The notes beneath the pieces were generated by a model that was not told where the DNA came from, ran no database searches, and was given only the letters and a program-made list of their open reading frames with translations. DNA of 64,000 nt, taken from contig CAZQAG010000005.1 in the NCBI GenBank assembly GCA_964591295.1, positions 8,400 to 72,399 of the forward strand, given 5' to 3'. Made by a program: the position numbers and the translations under genes. This DNA comes from an uncultured Gaiellales bacterium. Its GTDB lineage: Bacteria > Actinomycetota > Thermoleophilia > Gaiellales > Gaiellaceae. Shown here piece after piece: positions 49,342 to 57,691 of the stretch. Each line of letters starts with the position of its first letter. The first letter of the stretch is position 1.

Positions 49342-50476
49342 TGCCGAAGAAGGCGGTGACCGATTCGATGACTGCCTCGGCTTGATCTTCGGTCATACCC
49401 GGAAAGATCGGAAGCGAGAGGCACTCCGCCGCCAGTGCCTCGGCAACGGGGAAGGACCCTCGGCCGTAACCGAGGCGCGCGTACGCAGGACACAGGTGCG
49501 GCGGTTCGGGGTAATGCCGGCCCGCGCCGATTCCTCTCTCGGCGAGAAACTCGGCGAGTGCCTCCGGGTCTCCGGTTCGCACGACATAGAGGTGCCAGAC
49601 GGGCTCGCTCCCTTCGGGAACCCGGGGCAGTCGCAGATCGCCAACGCCTTCCAGGGCCTGGTCGTAGAACTGGGCGAGGGCGCGCCTCTGCGCATTCCAT
49701 TCGTCGAGAAGCGGCAGCTTGTGGAGGAGGACCAGCGCCTGGATCGTGTCGAGGCGGGCGGTGTAGCCCTCGAGAGTGTGGCGGTACTTCGCTGTCTGGC
49801 CATGCTCTCGAAGGGCCTTGACGCGAGAGGCAAGCTCGGCGTCGTTGGTCACCAGCGCCCCCGCGTCTCCCATCGCTCCGAGGTTCTTTGCCGGATAGAA
49901 GCTGAAGGCCGCCGCAAGCCCAGAGGCGCCGGCGCGAAGACCATCCCGACCGGCACCGTGCGCCTGGCAGGCGTCCTCGATGATCGCCAGCCCGTGTCGC
50001 TCGGCGATTGCAGACAGGGAGCGCATATCTGCCATCTGGCCGTAGAGGTGCACAGGGACGATGAACCGGGTCCGGGAACCGATTGCCTGCTCGACAGCGT
50101 TGGCGTCGAGGTTGTAGTCCGTCTCGCCGATGTCGACGGGCACCGGCACGCCGCCGGCCTGAGTGACGGCTTCGAAGGTTGCGACGAACGTGTGCGCAGG
50201 GATGATGACCTCATCTCCCTCGTCGAGGCCTGCGGCAAGAAGGGCTAGGCGGACGGCATCGAGGCCGCTCCCGACTCCGGCGCAGTGCTGACGATCGCAG
50301 TAGCGCGCAAATTCAGTCTCGAAGACGGCGACCTGCGGTCCGTTCGTGAACGTTCCCGAATCGATGAGCTCCGAGATCTCGGCCAGGATCTCTGCTTTGA
50401 GCCCGTCGTGCATCGGAGCGAGGTCGAAAAAGGGAACTCGCGCAAGGGCGGCAGGCAGCACCTGTCTCTTTGCCAT
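49334..50476 (-). CDS. DegT/DnrJ/EryC1/StrS-family PLP-dependent sugar aminotransferase
   Basis: VPFFDLAPMHDGLKAEI, FETEFARYC, VGSGLDAVRLAL, IIPAHTFVATFEAV and FSFYPAKNLGA (PLP Lys) are present. Start at MAKRQV (50476). The upstream 89 aa of the tracked ORF were rejected. Confidence 0.9.
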   Translation of the reverse strand: MAKRQVLPAALARVPFFDLAPMHDGLKAEILAEISELIDSGTFTNGPQVAVFETEFARYCDRQHCAGVGSGLDAVRLALLAAGLDEGDEVIIPAHTFVATFEAVTQAGGVPVPVDIGETDYNLDANAVEQAIGSRTRFIVPVHLYGQMADMRSLSAIAERHGLAIIEDACQAHGAGRDGLRAGASGLAAAFSFYPAKNLGAMGDAGALVTNDAELASRVKALREHGQTAKYRHTLEGYTARLDTIQALVLLHKLPLLDEWNAQRRALAQFYDQALEGVGDLRLPRVPEGSEPVWHLYVVRTGDPEALAEFLAERGIGAGRHYPEPPHLCPAYARLGYGRGSFPVAEALAAECLSLPIFPGMTEDQAEAVIESVTAFFGNG

Positions 50477-50543
50477 GCTTTCAAGGTAGTTGCTCGACCG
50501 CGGAGCGTCCATACGGCTGAAGCGCGCAGGAGACCGGGAACGC

Positions 50544-50558
50544 ACCATTCGAAATGGT
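50544..50558. promoter_or_regulatory. Palindrome ACCATT-CGA-AATGGT at the exact centre of the 148-nt divergent intergenic region (candidate operator)
   Basis: Read directly from the sequence. The same arms (ACCATT-CGC-AATGGT) are conserved at 56860..56874 in the diverged second copy of this intergenic region. Confidence 0.4.
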
Positions 50559-50624
50559 TCGCCTGAGGTTCGGAAGGACGATTGAGCGACCCTTCTTGTG
50601 CAACTAGCGTGAGTAGTCCAAGAG

Positions 50625-52598
50625 ATGTCGGAACAACTTGTCGTTCCATCACCGGTGGTCGCCTTGCGTCGTGAGCTGAATGATCGGCTCGGGCGCGCGC
50701 TGCAGGCGATCCCGGCTTCTCTCGCTCTCATCGGAACTCTCACGCTAGGCGCGTCGAACGGCGGCTATTTCCCGGTCGCCTGGGGCTGGGCTGCGCTCGC
50801 TCTTCTGTGGGTCGCCGGTGTTGCTCTGCTCGTTCGATCGAAGATCTCGATAAGCCCGCTCGAGCTCGCGTTTCTCGCCGGCTTGACGGTGTTTGGCTTC
50901 TGGGTCGCGCTCAGCGCTAGCTGGTCAGCGAGCAGCGGATCCCTCTACGAAGCCGAGCGCATGCTCGTCTACGTCGCAGGCGTTGCGGCGGTTCTCGTCG
51001 TCGCCCGTCGCCGATCCTACGGCCGGCTGCTTGCGGGAGCACTGATCGGGATTACCCTCGTTTCAGGCTACGGCCTCGCGACAAGGCTCTTTCCGGAACG
51101 CCTCAGCACCTACGACCCGGTTGCGGTCTACCGTCTCTCGGAGCCGATCGGCTACTGGAACGCGCTCGGGATCTTCGCGGTCATCGGCGTGCTCCTCGCG
51201 CTCGGGTTTGCCACGCGCGGGCGAGCGGCGACCTCGCGGGCGCTCGCTGCGTCCGCGATCGTCCTCTTGCTGCCCACGATCTACTTCACTTTCGGCCGCG
51301 GGCCGATGTGGGCACTCGGGATCAGTCTCGTCGCTCTGGTGGCATTTGCTCCGCGTCGATTGCAGCTCGTCACCGCGATGTTCGTCGTCGGTCTTCCCGG
51401 GGGCGCCGCCGTGTGGCTCGGTTCGCGCTTCGACGCTTTGGGTCGTCAGAGCTCGCCTCTCGCCGACGCTTCTCGCCAAGGCCATCGCTTTGCCCTGGAG
51501 GTCTTCGTCCTGATGGCGCTCGCCGCGCTGGCGATGCTCGCCTTTGTCGCCCTAGAGAAGCGCGTCGCGATCCCTCGGGCCGCCCGCCGCGCGTATGCGG
51601 GAGCTCTGCTGCTCGCAGTCGTCCTTGGACTCGCTGCCGTGTTTGCACGGTTCGGCAGCCCGCCTACGCTCGTCGACAGGGCCTACGAGTCCTTCAAGGC
51701 GCCCCCGGTGGGAATTGGCGCACCGGGCTCCAATCTGAGCAAACGCTTTCTCAGCTTGTCGAGCAATGGGCGCCTCGACATGTGGACCGTGGCTCGCCGG
51801 GATTTCGAGGAGCACCGGTTGGTCGGCTCCGGAGCTGGCAGCTACGAGCAGTACTGGTTGCAGCATCGCCCCGCGCCGATGATGGTGCGCGATGCGCACA
51901 GCCTCTACGCGGAGACGCTCGCCGAGTTCGGGGCGATGGGGCTCGTACTCCTTCTCGTGGCCCTGGGCGTGCCGCTCGTTGCCGCGGTGAAGGCTCGCCG
52001 GCGCCGGCTCGTACCTGCGGCGTTCGCCGCCTATGTGGCGTACCTCTTCCACGCCGGCGTCGACTGGGACTGGGAGATGCCGGCCGTGACGCTGACGGCC
52101 CTCTTCTGCGGCTGCGCGATCCTGCTTGCCGCTCGCCGGGACGGAAGGCCGATCACGCTCTCGTCGCGGATGCGCGCAGGCGCTCTCGCCGCGACGCTTG
52201 CGCTCTCCGCCTTCGCGTTGGTCGGGCTGATCGGAAACGAGGCCATCTCTGAGAGTCGCGCGCACGTACGCGCAGGGGAATGGAACGACGCCGAAGCCGA
52301 AGCGCGAACGGCGATCCGCTGGAAGCCGTGGTCTTCCGCGGGCTGGAAGCAGCTCGCGGAGGCCCAGCTCGGCGCCGACGACCTCACTGGGGCGCACGCG
52401 AGCTACAAGAAGGCGCTCGAGAAGGATCGGAACGACTGGAATCTCTGGTTCGACTACGGCCTGCTCAGCGAGGGGCGCGAGCGCCGCGAGGCCATCGCGC
52501 GCGCCAGGGAGCTGAACCCACTCAGCCCCGAGATCGCCGTTGCGCTCGAGGCGCTCCGGGGAACCACGAAACGTGGTGCCGCAAGGGCCGGGAAATGA
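50625..52598 (+). CDS. O-antigen ligase-like (Wzy_C) polytopic membrane protein with C-terminal TPR domain (paralog 1)
   Basis: 657 aa with about 12 TM helices and a loop containing GSGAGSYEQYW...RDAHSLYAETLAEFG (Wzy_C-like). The C-terminal TPR-like repeats read WKQLAEAQLGADDLTGAHASYKKALEKDRNDWNLWFDYG. Confidence 0.8.
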   Translation: MSEQLVVPSPVVALRRELNDRLGRALQAIPASLALIGTLTLGASNGGYFPVAWGWAALALLWVAGVALLVRSKISISPLELAFLAGLTVFGFWVALSASWSASSGSLYEAERMLVYVAGVAAVLVVARRRSYGRLLAGALIGITLVSGYGLATRLFPERLSTYDPVAVYRLSEPIGYWNALGIFAVIGVLLALGFATRGRAATSRALAASAIVLLLPTIYFTFGRGPMWALGISLVALVAFAPRRLQLVTAMFVVGLPGGAAVWLGSRFDALGRQSSPLADASRQGHRFALEVFVLMALAALAMLAFVALEKRVAIPRAARRAYAGALLLAVVLGLAAVFARFGSPPTLVDRAYESFKAPPVGIGAPGSNLSKRFLSLSSNGRLDMWTVARRDFEEHRLVGSGAGSYEQYWLQHRPAPMMVRDAHSLYAETLAEFGAMGLVLLLVALGVPLVAAVKARRRRLVPAAFAAYVAYLFHAGVDWDWEMPAVTLTALFCGCAILLAARRDGRPITLSSRMRAGALAATLALSAFALVGLIGNEAISESRAHVRAGEWNDAEAEARTAIRWKPWSSAGWKQLAEAQLGADDLTGAHASYKKALEKDRNDWNLWFDYGLLSEGRERREAIARARELNPLSPEIAVALEALRGTTKRGAARAGK

Positions 52599-52639
52599 GC
52601 CGCTGAGCCGATGCGGAATCGCCCCGGCGATGCCAAGGT

Positions 52640-53167
52640 TTGATCGGAATGTTCGCGCGCGACCCGCTAGCTCACCCTGAAGCGCTCATCGAGCGCGTGT
52701 ACGCGTACATCGCGTACCGGATCGGCGAGGGCCCGGACGCCGAGGACGCGACGAGCGAGGTCTTCGAGCGCGCGACCAGGTACCGCCACACGTACGACGC
52801 GCAGAAGGGCGAGCCGATCGTCTGGCTCATGGGCATCGCACGGCGCTGCGTCGACGAAGCGCGGCGGGGCATGTCCACGCAACGGTTCGAGGTTCCGGAC
52901 GTCGCGGCGCCCGGCGACCTCGAGGAGGACGCGATCGCACGGCTATCGTTCCGGGCCGCACTCGACCAGCTCGACCCGCGCGACCGAGAGCTGCTGGGCC
53001 TCCACTACGGGGCCGATCTGACCGCGCGGAGGATCGCCGAGCTCCTCGGGATGCGGACGAACACCGTCCAGGTCGCGCTTCATCGCGCGATCGCGCGCCT
53101 GCGCGAGGCCTCGAGCGAGACCGAGGAGAGCGCCGGCGCTGGCCCGGCGGCCTCGCGCGCGCTGTAA
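52640..53167 (+). CDS. ECF-type sigma-70 family sigma factor (paralog 1)
   Basis: Region 2 is RVYAYIAYRIGEGPDAEDATSEVFERA...GEPIVWLMGIARR. Region 4 HTH is LLGLHYGADLTARRIAELLGMRTNTVQVALHRAIARLRE. An alternative ATG start lies at 52649. Confidence 0.85.
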   Translation: MIGMFARDPLAHPEALIERVYAYIAYRIGEGPDAEDATSEVFERATRYRHTYDAQKGEPIVWLMGIARRCVDEARRGMSTQRFEVPDVAAPGDLEEDAIARLSFRAALDQLDPRDRELLGLHYGADLTARRIAELLGMRTNTVQVALHRAIARLREASSETEESAGAGPAASRAL

Positions 53168-53223
53168 GCATTTTCGGGGGCCGGTCTGTAAAGGGGTACG
53201 TCAACGACCCCTGAGGAGAAAAA

Positions 53224-53652
53224 GTGAGCAGATTCTGGAAGCGAACAGACCTCGACAGCGAGCGCCCGGCGTATCGGCCGCGGCCCCGCGCTGAGTTCGC
53301 GCGCGCGCTCGCGGACGACGTTCGTACAAGCCATCGCGCCACGTCGCCTCGGCTGCGCCTCGCGTTCGCAGCCGGGCTGACGCTGGCGATGCTCGTCGCA
53401 CTCGCGACGTTCGGCGGCTTTGGGTACGCCGCGAGCGGCGTGAAGGCGCCGGTCAAGGTGGTCAAGTCCGTTTTCTTCGCGAAGAAGACGTCGCGCAAGG
53501 CCAACACGTACGCGGACACTCCCGCGGGCAACCAGTACCGCGGGATGAAGTGCATGATCAACCACAAAGGCCGCATCATCGAGGTCGCGGGCGAGGCAGT
53601 GCCGGCGCACCAGCGGCACGGCGATACGGTTATCTCCTGTCGCCCGCGCTAG
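53224..53652 (+). CDS. Single-pass membrane protein downstream of ECF sigma (candidate non-canonical anti-sigma factor), Cys/His-containing C-terminal tail
   Basis: GTG start preceded by a GAGGAG SD. A short basic N-terminus is followed by a TM segment (LAFAAGLTLAMLVALATFGGFGY). The tail reads KCMINHKGRIIEVAGEAVPAHQRHGDTVISC. There is no HxxxCxxC ZAS motif. Confidence 0.55.
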   Translation: MSRFWKRTDLDSERPAYRPRPRAEFARALADDVRTSHRATSPRLRLAFAAGLTLAMLVALATFGGFGYAASGVKAPVKVVKSVFFAKKTSRKANTYADTPAGNQYRGMKCMINHKGRIIEVAGEAVPAHQRHGDTVISCRPR

Positions 53653-53672
53653 CGCTTCTCTGACGCAAGTAT

Positions 53673-53703
53673 CGAAGCGGAGGCCCTCGTGGCCTCCGCT
53701 TCG
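53673..53703 (+). terminator. Strong hairpin (13-bp stem CGAAGCGGAGGCC / GGCCTCCGCTTCG, 5-nt loop) followed by CTTTG
   Basis: Read directly from the sequence, 21 nt after the stop at 53652. Confidence 0.6.
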
Positions 53704-53847
53704 CTTTGTCCGACGGGAGGCGCCGCTACGCTCTGACCGGAGGTACGCGGCCTGAACGCAACCGCATCGAGCACCGCGAAACCCCGATCGGCCGCGCCCG
53801 TTCGCGGCGCGCTGCTCGCGGTCGGCCTTGCCGTCGCCGTCGGGGCG

Positions 53848-54360
53848 ATGGCCTTCGCAAGCGGCGGGTACTTCCCCACCGCGTGGAGTTGGGGAGCTCT
53901 CGTCGCGCTGACTGTCGTCGCCGGGTTCCTCGTCGCCGGCGAGGCGACCAGTCCGTCGACGCTCGCTCTCGCCACGCTCGGCGGGCTCGCGGCCTTCTCG
54001 GCCTGGACCTGGCTCGCGCTGCTCTGGAGCGACGACCGTGCCGCGACCGTGCTCGAAGGGCAGCGCGCTCTGCTCTACGTGTCCGTCCTCGCCGCTCTCG
54101 TGCTCCTCGTGCGGCGCTCGACGGTGCCGCTCGTGCTCGCGGCGACGCTCGTCGCGATCTTCCTCGCCTCGGGGTACGGCCTGCTCACGCGGCTCTTCCC
54201 CGAGCGGCTCGGCGTCTTCGACCCGATCGCTGCGTACCGGCTCGAGGAGCCGCTCACCTACTGGAACGCGCTCGGGGTCTTCGCCGCGATGGGCGCGCTG
54301 CTGGCGCTCGGGTTCGCGGCTCGCGCCCAGAGCGTCGTTGGCCGAGCGCTTGCGGGCGCA
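53848..54360 (+). pseudogene. N-terminal fragment of a Wzy_C/TPR gene, near-copy of the 5' third of 57692..59599
   Basis: GGYFPTAWSWGALVALTVV...LLWSDDRAATVLEGQRALLY...LTRLFPERLGVFDPIAAYRLEEPLTYWNALGVFAAMGALLALGFAAR parallels the intact gene. Homology stops near 54360, after which the frame reads through unrelated sequence. Confidence 0.7.
54167..54316. repeat. 150-nt tract 100% identical to 58105..58254
   Basis: Hand alignment of the two ligase-like copies. The tract is flanked by mismatches at 54166/58104 and 54317/58255, and the surrounding sequence is visibly more diverged. Confidence 0.8.
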
Positions 54361-54439
54361 TTGCGCGCACGTTTGCTACGGCGAATGGATCCTCGCATCT
54401 CGACTCCAGAGGTCACTAAACACCCTTGCGTGAGGCAAC

Positions 54440-54819
54440 GGGCAAGACTGTCACACAGTGGCGCGCCGCGCGGGCAGCGGCGCGCCCGAGACGATCGCCG
54501 CCGGCAACCTCCTGAGTGAGCCAGTCGGCGAGCGCTCCGCCGCCCACGGCCCGCACTGCGCCCGAGAGGCCGATCGACCGAAGATCCGGTGAGTGCGCGT
54601 CGCTAGCGAGCATGTGCGCGAGCCCACGCTTGACGAGCGCGAAACCCGTCTTCTTCGGCGCCTTGCCCAGGCGACCTTCCACCGAACCGTGACCTGGACG
54701 AGCGCTCCCGCATCGACGAGCGGACGGAGCTTCTCCGGGTCATCCTGCACGTCAGGGTTCCGCTCGGGGTGGGAGAGGACGGACGTCGTCCCGCTGGGTC
54801 CGCCGTAGCAGTCCGGCAT
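54440..54819 (-). pseudogene. Frameshifted C-terminal fragment of a CpsB-type tyrosine phosphatase (paralog of 29724..30458)
   Basis: Two frames read SHPERNPDVQDDPEKLRPLVDAGALVQVT / GLAHMLASDAHSPDLRSIGLSGAVRAVGGGALADWL. The intact gene reads AHPERNPEVQRDPEKLRPLVDAGALVQVT...GLAHMLASDAHAPEVRAIGLSGAAKAVGGGALAEWL. The N-terminal half is absent. Confidence 0.7.
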
Positions 54820-54840
54820 GGGGTCCAGGCAGAGATGTCA

Positions 54841-55812
54841 TCAAATCCGATCTCTTGTCCGGATATCGAGGACGACGTCGCGAAGGATCTGGTCCAGAGA
54901 CCTGGTCGGCTGCCAGTCGAGCACCTCGCGGATCTTCGTGATATCTGGGATCCGCCGAAACATGTCTTCGAAGCCCTGTTCGTATGCTTCGTCATAAGGA
55001 ATCATCGTGATCTCGGAAGAGGAGTCTGTTGCCTTCACCACCTCTTTGGCGAGGCCCAGAATCGAGATCTCCTCGTTGGAGCCGATGTTGAAGACCTCGC
55101 CGTAGAGTTGCTCGTTCTGTAAGAGATCTGCCAGCGCCTTCACCACGTCGTGGACGTGGCAAAAGCACCGCTGCTGTGTGCCTTCGCCGTAAACGGTCAA
55201 GGGCTGATCGGCCAGCGCCTGCCGGACGAACGTGGGGACGACCATCCCGTACCGCCCGGTTTGGCGCGGTCCAACGGTGTTGAAGAGCCGGCCAACGACA
55301 ACTGGGAGCTTCCGCTCCTTCCAGTAGGCGATTGCTAAAAACTCGTCGATTGCCTTGGAGCAGGCGTAGGACCAGCGGCCCTTCACAGTCGGTCCTAGCG
55401 TTAGATCCCCGTCCTCCCGGTAAGGGAGGTCCCGGCTCTTCCCGTAGACCTCGCTCGTCGAGGCGATGAACACGGGTCTCTTCTTTTTGTTCGCCTGCGC
55501 GAGCACGACCTCGGTGCAATGGACGTTGGTCTCGATCGTCCGGACAGGGCTCTCGACTATCAGCTGGACGCCGACGGCTGCGGCGAGGTGATAGACGCCA
55601 TCCGTGCTATCGACCAATTCGGCGACGAGCGACGCGTTCGTTACCGAGTCGATCGTGTACTCGAAGCGGGGATGGCCCTTCAGGTGACGAATGTTGTCGA
55701 TCGAGCCTGTCGAGAGATCGTCGAGAACATGAACGTGCTCTCCGCGCTGGAGGAGCTCATCGCAGAGATGCGAGCCGATGAAGCCGGCGCCGCCTGTAAT
55801 CAAGAACCGCAT
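54841..55812 (-). CDS. NAD-dependent nucleotide-sugar epimerase/dehydratase (extended SDR; UDP-glucuronate decarboxylase/ArnA-C-like)
   Basis: MRFLITGGAGFIGSHLCDEL, the YxxxK motif (YACSKAIDE) and GRLFNTVGPRQ are present. The ORF is intact and visibly lower in GC than its neighbours. Confidence 0.85.
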   Translation of the reverse strand: MRFLITGGAGFIGSHLCDELLQRGEHVHVLDDLSTGSIDNIRHLKGHPRFEYTIDSVTNASLVAELVDSTDGVYHLAAAVGVQLIVESPVRTIETNVHCTEVVLAQANKKKRPVFIASTSEVYGKSRDLPYREDGDLTLGPTVKGRWSYACSKAIDEFLAIAYWKERKLPVVVGRLFNTVGPRQTGRYGMVVPTFVRQALADQPLTVYGEGTQQRCFCHVHDVVKALADLLQNEQLYGEVFNIGSNEEISILGLAKEVVKATDSSSEITMIPYDEAYEQGFEDMFRRIPDITKIREVLDWQPTRSLDQILRDVVLDIRTRDRI

Positions 55813-55837
55813 GATTGTCCGAACTCTCCTTCCACTG

Positions 55838-56330
55838 CTAGTGGCCGCGACCCGGCAGCGGGCGGGCGGGGTTACCGTTCACTCTCTCGTCCGGCGCGAC
55901 GTCTCGCGTGACGACGGCGCCGATCAGCGCCCCCTCGCCGATCCGGACGCCGCCGAGCACAACAGCTCCGGAGCCACGAGTGGCGCGGTGTCCGACCAGC
56001 GTAGGGAGGAGTTTCCAGTCGGCTTCCGTCCGGAGCTCTCCTGCCTCCGTGGTCGCACGAGGGAACTTGTCGTTTATGAAGAATGACGCCGTGGCACACG
56101 AACACCTCGTCGCCGATCTCAACGCCGTCGCAGATGAAGGCGTGACTCTGGATCTTGCAGTTCGCGCCCACGACGGCTCCCCGCTGGATCTCGACGAAGG
56201 GGCCGATGCGGGTATTGTCGCCGATTCGGCAGCCGTAGAGGTTCGTGAACGGATGGACGATGACGTTCTCGCCGAATTCCACGTCGTCGATCAGGCGATG
56301 TGGCGCGTCGTTGGCGGGCCCGCTAGCCAT
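55838..56330 (-). pseudogene. Frameshifted copy of the hexapeptide N-acetyltransferase (paralog of 48844..49341)
   Basis: MASGPANDAPHRLIDDVEFGENVIVHPFTNLYGCRIGDNTRIGPFVEIQRG... then shifts frame at GAAGAATGACGCC (the intact copy has GAACATCACGCC, so one extra base here). It continues as FINDKFPRA...GNPARP in another frame. Confidence 0.8.
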
Positions 56331-56792
56331 TTTCAAAAAACTCGACAATCGTCTCAACGACCGCGGTTGCCTGACCCTCGGTCATGCCTGGGAAGATAGC
56401 TGCATTCTCGACCGCGTCGACATCGATGTTGTAGTCGGCTTCGCTGATGTCGACGAGCACCGGAACACCGCCCGCCTGGGTCACAGCCTCAAGAGTCGCG
56501 ATGAACGTCCCGCAGGGACGATCACCTCGTCTCTTGGCTGGAGTCCGACGCGATTAAGCCTAGCCGGAGGGCGTCGAGACCCGCTGCCAACCCCCACACA
56601 CTGCTGTCGACCGCAGTAGCGGACAAATTCGGCCTCGAAGGCGGCGATCTGCGGTCCGTTGGTAAAAGCTCCGGAATCGATGAGGTCCGAGATCTCGGCC
56701 AGGATCTCCGCCTTGAGCCCGTCGTGCATCGGGGTGAGATCGAGAAACGGAACTCGCGCGAGGGCAGCAGGCAAAACCTGTCTCTTTGCCAT
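56323..56792 (-). pseudogene. Internally deleted copy of the DegT aminotransferase (paralog of 49334..50476)
   Basis: The start MAKRQVLPAALARVPFLDLTPMHDGLKAEILAEISDLIDSGAFTNGPQ is conserved. The copy is 470 nt against 1143 nt for the intact gene, and the central part, including the PLP-Lys region, is missing. Confidence 0.8.
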
Positions 56793-56940
56793 GCTTTCAA
56801 GGTAGTTGCTCGATCGCGGAGCGTCCATAGGGCAGAAGTGAGCGGAGACTGGGAAACGCACCATTCGCAATGGTTCACCCGAGGTTCGGAAGGCCGATTG
56901 AGCGACGCTTCTTGCGCAACTAGCGTGAGTAGTCCAAGAG

Positions 56941-57603
56941 ATGTCGGAACAACTTCTCGTTCCAGCACCGGTGGTCGCCTTGCGTCGTGAGCTGAGTGAT
57001 CGGCTCGGACGCGCCTGTGGGTCGCCGGCGTTGCGCTGCTCGTTCGATCGAAGATCTCGATAAGCCCGCTTGAGCTCGCGTTTCTCGCCGGCTTGACGGT
57101 GTTTGGGCTCTGGGTCGCGCTCAGCGCTAGCTGGTCACCGAGCAGCGGATCCCTCTACGAAGCGGAACGCATGGTCGTCTACGTCGCAGGCGTTGCGGCC
57201 GTTCTCGTCGTTGCCCGGCGCCGATCGTACGGCCAGCTGCTTGCGGGAGCGCTGATCGGGATTACCCTCGTTTCAGGCTACGGCCTCGCGACGAGGAATC
57301 TTCCCGGAGCGCCTACGCATCTATGACCCGATAGCGGTCTACCGCCTCTCGGAACCGCTCGGCTACTGGAACGCGCTTGGGATCTTCGCGGTCGTCGGCG
57401 TGATGCTCGCGCTTGGGTTTGCCACGCGCGGGCGAGCGGCGACGTCACGGGTCCTCGCTGCATCCTCGATCGTCCTCTTGCTCCCCACGATCTACTTCAC
57501 CTTCGACCACAAAGGACGAATCATCGAAGTTGCAGGCGAAGTCGTTCCTGCGCACATGCGGCACGGCGATCCTCCGCCGATAGAGTGCCACCCGCGCCAC
57601 TAG
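56941..57603 (+). pseudogene. Decayed copy of ligase-like paralog 1, fused by deletion to the tail of the membrane-protein gene
   Basis: MSEQLLVP... matches 50625. It has an early internal deletion and a 1-nt frameshift near 57295. At about 57505 the sequence jumps from ...PTIYFTF to DHKGRIIEVAGEVVPAHMRHGD, equivalent to 53560..53652. The equivalents of the rest of the ligase-like gene, the sigma gene and most of the membrane-protein gene are missing. Confidence 0.75.
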
Positions 57604-57691
57604 CTCGACAGTAGACGCTAAGCACGGGATCCTCGATCGCTTCCGGGCTGAAGCCGCCTTCCGGCCGGAAACGCGACTACGCTCTGACTAG

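Noticed and set aside
50535-50565. ECF-type promoter (GGGAAC -35) in the divergent intergenic region.
   Set aside because: The -35-like box is conserved in both copies, but no convincing CGTC-type -10 lies at the right spacing. I report only the palindrome as a feature.
53706-54419. 237-aa Arg-rich ORF overlapping the truncated ligase-like fragment.
   Set aside because: It is an alternative frame of sequence whose other frame is nearly identical to the intact membrane protein at 57692..59599. Its composition is non-protein-like.
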